Source: Octopus vulgaris
Lineage: Eukaryota
Length of the DNA stretch: 64,000 bases
Direction: 5' to 3'
Assembly: GCA_951406725.2 (NCBI GenBank)
Contig: OX597823.1
Location: forward strand, 13,578,001 to 13,642,000
Shown: positions 54,950 to 64,000 of the stretch, piece by piece
How positions within the stretch are numbered: position 1 is the stretch's first letter
Layout: each line of letters begins with the position of its first letter
Position numbers and translations under genes: made by a program
The notes under the pieces: generated by a model
Told to the model about the DNA's origin: nothing
Database searches by the model: none
What the model saw: only the letters and a program-made list of their open reading frames with translations

Positions 54950-55147
54950 AACTAGTCCATCAGAAGATCTACAGTTACAATAAAGTGATCATTATCAATA
55001 CTTTTGGGCTCGTATACTGCTTCTATCTCGAATAGAGATTCTCTAACGGACTAGTTACCTAGTTACAAAATCAGTGATTGTATGACACGGGGTTTTCTAT
55101 ATATTGCAAGCGAGGTTAGATTGCTGCCATTCCTGGCAAATGAGTAC

Positions 55148-55195
55148 CCACCACCGAGGAGATCCAATACAGATCGAAACCACATGATCTGGTGG
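55148..55195 (+). ncRNA. Degenerate type I hammerhead
   Basis: ccacca CCGAGGA gatc caataca gatc GAAAC cacatg ATC tggtgg: 6-bp stem I, 4-bp stem II, two substitutions. Confidence 0.6.
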
Positions 55196-55358
55196 TCTCA
55201 TAGCTAGAGTGGAATGAGTTATCTCCCACTTGCAATAAATAACGAGAGTAAGAAGCGCGCTGAAAAGAAACAGCTGCAGAAAGTGTCTTCCTGGGGTTAA
55301 ATAGCAGTACCCTCTCGTCTCTTAGAAGACAGCTACATTGAAGTGGCCATTCTCAACG

Positions 55359-55392
<34 letters not shown>

Positions 55393-55480
55393 GGGAGAAT
55401 TCCCCCAAAAAACAAAGGCGAAGACGGGTGGTGTAGACAACAAACAGATGTATTAGTTTAACACTCAGGAAATAAAAAAA

Positions 55481-55520
55481 GTCTTTAACGTTTCGAGCCT
55501 ACTCTCTTTCACAGATATGA
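55481..55520 (-). ncRNA. Hammerhead-like motif (variant core)
   Basis: CTGTGAA a gag agtagg ctc GAAACGTTA; related to the 43465 element. Confidence 0.4.
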
Positions 55521-55784
55521 ACACAGAAAGAAACAAGGAGAGAAGATAAATAATGTTTAGTGGCTAGCGATCTATCATGACGAATGCCGGACAGAAGGGT
55601 CACATCACAATATATGGATTCAGCTAATCCTGTGGTACTCATAAAAAAGCTCCTTAATGTATCATTTTAGAGAACACAGAATATATAGTACTATATAAAA
55701 GAAAGACATAAGGAGTGTATGATATTTTGAATAACGAGAAAAATATACTATGGTAAAATTTATTCTACCGTAGGAAATTCTTAT

Positions 55785-55930
55785 TTAACGACAATTGTTT
55801 CACAGCTTAATAAACATGTATAGACAATTTATTTTATGATATTACAAAGTAAGTAACAAATTACATGATTGCATTAATGTATATACAATACTTAAATTAA
55901 TGCAGATATTTAGCTAACTCTTCAGATTAA
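55785..55930 (-). ncRNA. Type I hammerhead with very long stem II region
   Basis: ttaat CTGAAGA gttagct..~100 nt..agctgt GAAAC AATT GTC gttaa; intact core, GUC triplet. Confidence 0.65.
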
Positions 55931-55949
55931 AGTAAATCCATGTTAAAAG

Positions 55950-56170
55950 TAACACCTCAAGAGCTTACTTAATATCTACATTAATATAAATATTGTATAT
56001 ATATTAATACTGACATGTAAGTAATTTATTACTTATTATATACAATAATAAATCATGTTATTTATACATGCTTATTAAGCTACGAAACAACTGGCGTGAA
56101 TTAAGAATTTCCAATGGTAAAATAAATTTTATCATTGTATATTTTACTCGTTGTTTGTAATTTCATATAT
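55950..56170 (+). mobile_element. Inverted, diverged copy of the long-stem hammerhead element
   Basis: CTCAAGA..CTTATTAAGCTAC GAAACAACTGGC..TAAGAATTTCC..AATAAATTTTA aligns with the reverse complement of 55715-55930. Confidence 0.75.
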
Positions 56171-56380
56171 ACATATATGAATATATATATTAAAAATTTG
56201 GGAAATGAAGTAGATAAAATCCAGGCCATATATGTTTCATATCTCGGAAGTAATAAATTATCCGAACGGGAGGTAGACCGCAAGCTAGTCTTCAGGTGAA
56301 GGATACCTTGAATCTATACACTCCGGCTACTAACCATCTACATCTTGATACTTGGATGTTACCTTTACATGTATGTATAT

Positions 56381-56521
56381 ATACTTTATAATTAGGGTTC
56401 AGCAAAGAATTTGCTTCACCACATACCGAAGTTTAGAAATAGCTAAGGTTTTTTGGCTGCTATTTCTAAACTTCGGTATGTGGTGAAGCAAATTCTTTGC
56501 TGAACCCTAATTATAAAGTAT
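56381..56521. repeat. Perfect 63-bp inverted repeat with a 15-nt loop
   Basis: 56381-56443 is the exact reverse complement of 56459-56521. Confidence 0.95.
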
Positions 56522-56626
56522 TACTTAAGCTTACCATGAAATTGTCTTTTTCATGCCGAATTCTACTTGGTGAAATTACTGATTACTCCTTAATTAATTA
56601 ATTTTACCCATTGTTATTATTGTATG

Positions 56627-56678
<52 letters not shown>

Positions 56679-56845
56679 TAAATAAATGGCACAACGAAGT
56701 ACCGATATTTACTGGAAAATAGCGAACGTAATAAATACGACGCTAATGTATAGCTTCACTGCGTATGTACTAGCAAAAATGCGTGTAAAAAATTGTCTTA
56801 CCTCTAGGGAGAACATCTGAAAAATGAAATACCTAGAAATGGATA

Positions 56846-56917
56846 ATGCGGTACCGGTTTCAGATTTTTCAAAATATGTCTGCCCACATATATTTGATTT
56901 ATCCTCATCAGCCACAT
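56846..56917 (-). ncRNA. Canonical type I hammerhead ribozyme
   Basis: atgtgg CTGATGA ggat..atct GAAAC CG GTA ccgcat: full consensus core, 6-bp stem I, extended stem II, ACCGGT palindrome. Confidence 0.85.
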
Positions 56918-57400
56918 ATACCTCGACAATATTTCAAATGTTGCCACATCTATGCCAGTACACTCGACTGAACGCCAAAACGTTGACAGAACGAGAACAG
57001 TGAAGAAGTTTCAATGAAAATAGTAATGCAATACGAGAGTATACATACATGTAATCTATACGTTCCGGCCACCAGCCATCTACATCTTGATCCTTGGATG
57101 TTACCTTTACATGTATGATAGTATAAGCAAAAAATTTACTCCAAACAGCGAGCGATAAATAGTATTTAATAAAGAGAGGATCTGTGTAGGAACAACTATT
57201 AATTTGATGCTCAGATAGAGCGTATAGTCATCGGGTGCGCTTATATAGCATGCTGGGTAACATCATGCAGTCGTTCAAACTCAAGATAAAGCGCACCTAC
57301 TCTCTGACAAAAATAAAAGCATAACAGAATGAGAAAAACGTAAGGCTTGAAAGGAAAGGGAGTTTAGAGCTGTATCTTTTGGCCTGCCGAATACTGGTAA

Positions 57401-57791
57401 TCTTTATATATAAAAGTAAGGTTGTGTACTGTCTGTCTCCTACGATTTAGATTCCTAACTACTCCCACATTTTGCGGTACAGTTTAACCAAAACCGGGTA
57501 TCTTATAGTCGTGATTCATATCGAACCCTTCTGGGTATTAGCGCGCGTCTACGATGAGTCTACGATTTTAAAAAAAAGTTACCATCATTTTTTTCAATTT
57601 TAATGCATTTTTTCGCTATTATATAAGAGAAGTAACTCTCTAAAAATGTCTACGATGAGTCAACGATTTTCAAAAAAATTTACCCTCATTTTTTCTCCAT
57701 TTTTTTTGCTATTTTTTGGCTATAACTCTCTAAAAATTCTTATATAGTTATTTCCCTTACAAACCCGAGCAACGCCGGGCGATGCTGCTAG
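57401..57791 (+). mobile_element. Non-autonomous Helitron
   Basis: A|TC start, hairpin 57764-57779, CTAG|T end. Confidence 0.9.
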
Positions 57792-58609
57792 TAGTTTATA
57801 TAATAATTTTAAATGGTTAATATGATCAACTAGAAAGTTTGTAAGACGATATGAGTAATCCGGAGCGGATAGTGTACACAAATTATATAGCAGAAATTTG
57901 TCTAAATACATACACTTTGTGAAAATTTGGGATCCCAAGTCCAGATAGTCGATGGAGTTCTTAAATTTAATGTTAACGAATACTGTATTGAAAAGATTTT
58001 CTGAAATACAAGACAAAGATCTTCTGAAACTGAACAACTGCTTCTAAACTTTAGAGCATAGTGAGTTCTTAAGATACCCAAGTTCTCCGTGGCACCCTTA
58101 AACCTAGTATTAGTTTAAAGGATTTGTATTTTATTTCCGTTATCCTGTAGAAGTAAGAAGTAAACGTCACTCACGATATCAACTCAGAAATTTCAACGGA
58201 AACATTAAGAAACTAAAAAGAACATAAAAAACTCTTGTTTACATTCAGTTTGTCACGCTCTCTCTATCTTTTTTTTCACCAAAAAATCAAATATATTTGG
58301 AAAAAAAACACTAATGCTTATTTATTTATTTTTTTATTTCTCACCTAAAACTGTCTGATACTTGCTTCGGTATTTCGTCTCATCTTTACACATTAACTGT
58401 ATTATGTGTATATTTAATTAAGTGCTATTTTTGTGATTACTATAATCAGTGTTATTAATGTGTCCCTATTCATGAGTAAATAATATTGATAATACCTATT
58501 TATTATCTAATTGTAAATAATACGTAAACATTTTCATCATATTCTATTTTTTCTTCTTTATTTTCATGTAATTATTGTTCATCTTTTCATTGTTGCTGTT
58601 GTTTGTTAT

Positions 58610-58676
<67 letters not shown>

Positions 58677-58677
58677 T

Positions 58678-58826
58678 CATGATATGAGATCTCCATGTTG
58701 TGCACATATGGTTGTGTTGCATCTGCCTGGCGTAACCTTGTCAGACGGCTAGTCATGATGAGTATACTGGGCATCGTATATTTTACTTCAGTGTCATTTT
58801 GATGGCATGCACTGCTCTCTCACTCA
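58678..58826 (+). mobile_element. 5'-truncated copy of the TAA-associated ~575-bp element
   Basis: GATATGAGATC..CTCTCTCACTCAATAAT between TAA runs. Confidence 0.8.
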
Positions 58827-58866
58827 ATAATACTAATAATAATAATAATAATAATAATAATATTAA

Positions 58867-58898
<32 letters not shown>

Positions 58899-58904
58899 AT
58901 GATG

Positions 58905-58935
<31 letters not shown>

Positions 58936-58991
58936 TAATAATATTAATAATAATAGAAATAATAATAATAATAATAGAAATAATAATAATG

Positions 58992-59025
<34 letters not shown>

Positions 59026-59114
59026 TAATAATATTAATAATAATAAAATAATAATAATAATAATAAAATAATAATAATATAATAATAATAATAATGATAA
59101 TAATAATAATGATG

Positions 59115-59191
<77 letters not shown>

Positions 59192-59214
59192 TAATAATAA
59201 TAATAACTATTATG

Positions 59215-59250
<36 letters not shown>

Positions 59251-59299
59251 TTAATAATAATAATAACTATTATTATTATTATTATTATCATCATCATCA

Positions 59300-59330
<31 letters not shown>

Positions 59331-59341
59331 CATCATCATCA

Positions 59342-59372
<31 letters not shown>

Positions 59373-59422
59373 CATCATCATCATCATTATTATTATTATT
59401 ATTATTATTATCATCATCATCA

Positions 59423-59453
<31 letters not shown>

Positions 59454-59486
59454 CATCATCATCATCATTATTATTATTATTATTAT
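58826..59486. repeat. (TAA)n array switching to (TTA)n(TCA)5 higher-order units
   Basis: Direct reading; strand switch near 59268. Confidence 0.9.
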
Positions 59487-60164
59487 AAGCCTGGTGGTTA
59501 TGGTGTTGCAGTCACGATCGTGAGTTCATGGTTTCAATTCGTAGACAGGCTTGAACAGAGAATAGTAGTGCTTCGTAAATGTTGTTTACAAGAGAAAAAA
59601 AACCACAATCAAATGAGAACATTTTGTTGGAGGTTTGAAAGTTCCAAAGCTGACCCATCCGACAGGGTACAGCCTTTCACAATTAATCACTGGGGCCCAA
59701 GAAGGTAAAAAGTAACGCACCAACGTCTTGGCAAGATCACAGCTTTATTTTTTGCTTTTTTCTTGTACCATTCAATTAAGAGTTGCAAACAACCCTGACT
59801 TATATTTTAAGTGAAATGGTTCATTGGATGAGGGCAACATATGGTATCATATATGTTAACTTTACAACAAAGGACGGGACGAAAACGCAATCCAAATAGT
59901 ATGCGACATGCTTGCTCCTAAACTGGTTCAACAGTATTTGGGAAGAAGGAGCACAAAAGTCACAGCTAAAAATATTGGTGACAATATCAGTTCTTGGCTA
60001 CTAGTGGGCTTGCGGTACAATATGAGCCGGAGATCAGCTTAAGTGTAACATTTAAAGATATGGCTAGTGGGATAATAGCAGGCATACAGACTTTCCTGAA
60101 CGCATAAAACTTCAAAATAATAGCAGTAATGTGCCCTGTATATATTGCTCAGAGTAAATAATCC

Positions 60165-60805
60165 TTTCTTTTCTACTATATGCACAAGATCCGCAATTTC
60201 GTGGGAGGGAGCTAGTCGATTACATTGACCCCAGTGCTCCAGTGGTACATTCCGAAAGGATGAAAAGAAAAGTCAACTTCAGCGGAATTTGAACTCGAAA
60301 CGTAGAGACGAACGAAATACCGCTAACGATTCTGTCAATTCTTTTCTACTCTAAACACAAGGCCCGAAATTTTGGGGGAGGGGCCAGACGGTAAGATCGA
60401 CCCCCGTAAGCAACAGGTACTTCATTTAATCGACCCTGAAAGGATGAAAGGCAACGTCGACCTCGGCGGAATTTGAACTCAGAAAGTAAAGACCGCTTAG
60501 CATTTCGCGCAGCGTGCTAAGGTTTCTTATTTTTTTATAGCCCACAAGTGGCTAAACATAGAGGGGACAAACAAGGACAGACAAAGGGATTGAGTCAATT
60601 ACATCGATCCCAGTGCGCAACTGGTACTTAATTTATAGACCCCGGATAAAGTCGACTTCGGCGGAATTTGAACTCAGAACGCAGCGGCAGACGAAATACC
60701 TATTTCTTTACTACTCACAAGGGGCTAAACACAGAGGGGACAAACAAGAACAGAAAAACGGAAAAGTCGATTACATCGACCCCAGTGCGTAACTAGTACT
60801 TATTT
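60165..60805 (-). mobile_element. SINE family B cluster (last unit interrupted at ~60805)
   Basis: Four units with both tail types. Confidence 0.85.
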
Positions 60806-62738
60806 CCTACGGCGGTTGTCGGTTTATTCTACCTTAAGCTTTCTCTTAAGTTATATTATTTATTTAGGTTTATTCTACCTTAAGCTTTTTCTTAAGTTAT
60901 ATTATTTATTGAGGCTTTCCTCTGAGTAAAGGAAAATATAATGATTCAACGTCACTTATACTCAAGTGTTATCATCATATCTAAAACCCTAACTGCAGTT
61001 ATAACGTCATATAGACATATACGCATGGAACGCTACATCAACGCTACATCAATGTTGAATATTTTAATCGTGTCCTTTAAACCGCTATAAGAAACATAAA
61101 TCAAAGATTACAGAAATACATATTTATCTATGCTCAGTTGAAAAACAAACGTGAAGAGAAACATATTCTTTTTAATTATTTTTATTTAAAAATATAACAT
61201 GTTATGTTATTTACAGTCAGAAAGATAACTTCGTCGTGAAGGAAAACGACTATAATTTCCTTAGCTAATTTCTTCTTTCTATCTAATACGTTAACCAACA
61301 AATCAAAATAGATTTGTGACTAACGTAGACATGGCATAAAATTTACCGATGTCTCCAAAAGAGTGAGTGACGTGGAGTTGAGTGACTACCAAACGAACAC
61401 TAAAGTCTCTCCCCAAATCCAGCGTTTTTATAACTGCTCAACCTGACCAAAAAGAATCGAAATTCAGGACAAATATTCTTTTCGAAACTTCTAGAATCTT
61501 TATATGAGCAGTTATAATAACCAATGGGAAAAAACGAAAATGATAATTCTTCGGCAAAGACATTACGTCATATTGCCAATTCGCGCCACAATTCAAAATG
61601 GCTAAAATGGCTATTGCTACATCAGCCTCTCGCCAGAAAAATTGTCAAAATTTTGCAAAAGGAAATTCGTAATACATATTTTTTTTTATACCACATTTGA
61701 ATTAATGGTTACAACATATCTTTATATACAAATGCATTTATAATTTACATGTTAAACATATGAAATTAGCCTTTCCAATACGGCTTACAATTATAATGTT
61801 CATATACAGTTCATTTCATTTCACTGGAAATTTTTTTTTTTTACATATATATATATAATCCAGGAATATAAACAAAACTTTTGGAAAATCCTCAAACTAA
61901 CTGAGAAAGTTTTTTTGGAAAATGTACCATTCTGCCACTTCTAGTCTTTTTCACATCTGTAGGTAATTTCAAAATTGACTTTGTCTTTCCATTAACATTG
62001 GATTTGTTTCTTTGAATATCATTTTGTTTCAAGTTATGTTGATATGTATTGCTCATATCTTCATTTTCACGACATGAATGTTGGTCGAAATAAGCTTTTT
62101 TTATTCCGTCGACACTGACTATTTCTTTTTTACCATTCATCTCCAAAGTCATAGTTTTGTCTCTAACTGACAAGACTTTAAAAGGTCCGGTGTATTTATT
62201 TTTCAGTGAATTATGAGCAGCATCGTTACGTACAAATACATATGTCCAAGATTTTATATCAGAAGGAACAAAGCTTTTAAATTTTTGCAATTTTCTTGTA
62301 AAAGAAGGAATATCAGTAAGAAATCTCTTAAGACGAGTTACATAATCATTAACATCTCCATTAAAAAAATTGGTTTCTTCGAACATTTGAGCAGGTAGAG
62401 TTAATGTTGTTCCGTACACAAGTTCATCAGGAGAATATTGTATATTTTCTTTAACAGCACTTCTAATTCCTAGTAATACGACTGGTAAGGCTTCCAACCA
62501 ACTGTTAGAATCAGAATAAGTTCTTAATGAAGATTTCAACTGCCTATGGAACCTTTCTATCATTCCGTTAGATTGTGGGTGATATAAAGTTGTACGAATT
62601 CTATTAATCCTCAACAATTTATTGAATTCTGCGAACAGGCTAGACTCAAATTGTCTACCACGATCTGTTGTCACTGTATTTGGTATGCCAAATCTCGACA
62701 TCCAATTGATAAATAATGTTTTCGCTATAGTTCCTTTT
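60806..62738 (-). mobile_element. Gypsy-type LTR retrotransposon 3' fragment
   Basis: Integrase ORF, then purine-rich GGCGAGAGGCTGA followed by TGTAGC at 61621 (candidate PPT and LTR start); LTR end not determined. Confidence 0.65.
61892..62730 (-). CDS. Gypsy integrase, core C-terminal part and C-terminal domain (N-terminally truncated)
   Basis: SRFGIPNTVTTDRGRQFES, YHPQSNGMIERFHRQLK, YTGPFKVL; open for 269+ codons; first catalytic D and zinc finger missing. Confidence 0.9.
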
Positions 62739-62740
62739 AC

Positions 62741-63013
62741 TTTATCGACCCTGAAAGGATGAAAGGCAAAGTCGACCTCGGCGGAATTTGAAATCAGAAT
62801 GTAAATGCAGACGAAATATGGCTACGCATTTCGCCCGGCGTGCTAACGTTTCTGCCAGCTCGCCGCCTCAGAAAGGGTACATAATCTTTTCTACTCTAGG
62901 CACAAGACCTAAAATTTGGGGGAGAGGGCCAGTCGATTAGATCGATCCCAGTACGCAACTGGTATTTTACTTGTCGACCCCGAAAGGATGAAAGTCATAG
63001 TCGACCTCGGCGG
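62741..63013 (-). mobile_element. SINE B head half (62741-62868) and a truncated SINE B (62885-63013)
   Basis: The second copy is flanked by TSD AGAAAGGGTACATAAT. Confidence 0.85.
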
Positions 63014-63827
63014 AGAAAGGGTACATAATAAAAGGAAAAGAAAGACAAGCAGAAAAAAAAGTGATGTAAAAATACGGTAGCAAAGATAAAGTTGAATTGA
63101 AAGCGAGTTAGGAAATTAAAGAAAGAAAGAAAGAAAATAAATAATAAAAATAAAATGAAACAAAGAAGTAAAGCAGAAAAACAAGGGAATGCAACAAAAA
63201 AGTGAATAATGAATAAAAAAAAAAAGAATGAAAAGATTAATAAAATTGAAAACGAAAGAAAAAATCAAATAGGAAAGAAAAAGAATGGAAGGAAGTAAGG
63301 AATGAAGGAAGGAAGGAAGGAAGAAAGGAAGTTAGGAATATACGACAATAAGAGAGAGAGAGAGAGAGTAAGGGAACGAAAAGAAAGGAAAAGCATGTCT
63401 AAGTTGGTAGGAAGAAAAAGAGAGAGTAAGTATAATGAGAGAGGGAAAGGTGAGAGACAGAAAAAAGTTGAAGGAGAAAGAAAGAGAGAGTATAAGGGGA
63501 GTAGGAGAGGGGGGCCGAATGGAAAAAGTAAGGTGTGGTGAGAAACGGTGGCGGCTCAGCTGGAATCAATTGAAAGTCTTCGGGGACTCTTCTCAGATTT
63601 TAAATCCAAAGAATGGTAAATATGACGGAAGAATGCACAACCAATGAAATGTGTTCTGGAGAAGATCTTTTGTTACAACTGTCATGTCATCTATGATGAA
63701 TTGATAAAACTGGGAGTGGCGATGATAAACATGACTTACTATGTGTGACCATTAGAACGTGTCAACGTATCTGTGTATGTGTGTGTGTGCGTGTACACGC
63801 TTATGTGTGAGTATATAGAGTACATTT

Positions 63828-63872
<45 letters not shown>

Positions 63873-64000
63873 ATAATATTAGGGAATAAATCCAAACTTA
63901 CAGGGAAAAATTAGATTTAGGATTAAATCCAGTTTTATAGTATAAATATATAATATTATATTATATTATATTAAATTAGAGATAAAACCACTATTAGGCA

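Overview
AT-rich, repeat-saturated eukaryotic DNA with no recognisable host gene, most likely intronic or intergenic. The SINE repertoire and microsatellite load suggest an octopus or other coleoid cephalopod (inference). Most long ORFs in the supplied track are microsatellite artefacts. The real content is: (1) two abundant tRNA-derived SINE families, family A with a CORE-like motif and family B that forms head-sharing tandem arrays; (2) decayed LINEs (RTE, R4/Dong-type in (TAA)n arrays, L1/Tx1-type); (3) Penelope-like (PLE) RT and GIY-YIG remnants; (4) two mariner relics and two MITEs; (5) non-autonomous Helitrons; (6) a Gypsy integrase fragment. The most striking unexplained signal is a set of about ten type I hammerhead-ribozyme motifs with palindromic minimal stem III. 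One sits in a tRNA-headed SINE-like element, one pair is head-to-head inverted with a very long stem II, and two lie directly 3' of PLE coding remnants. All structures were read by eye; no folding or database search was run.
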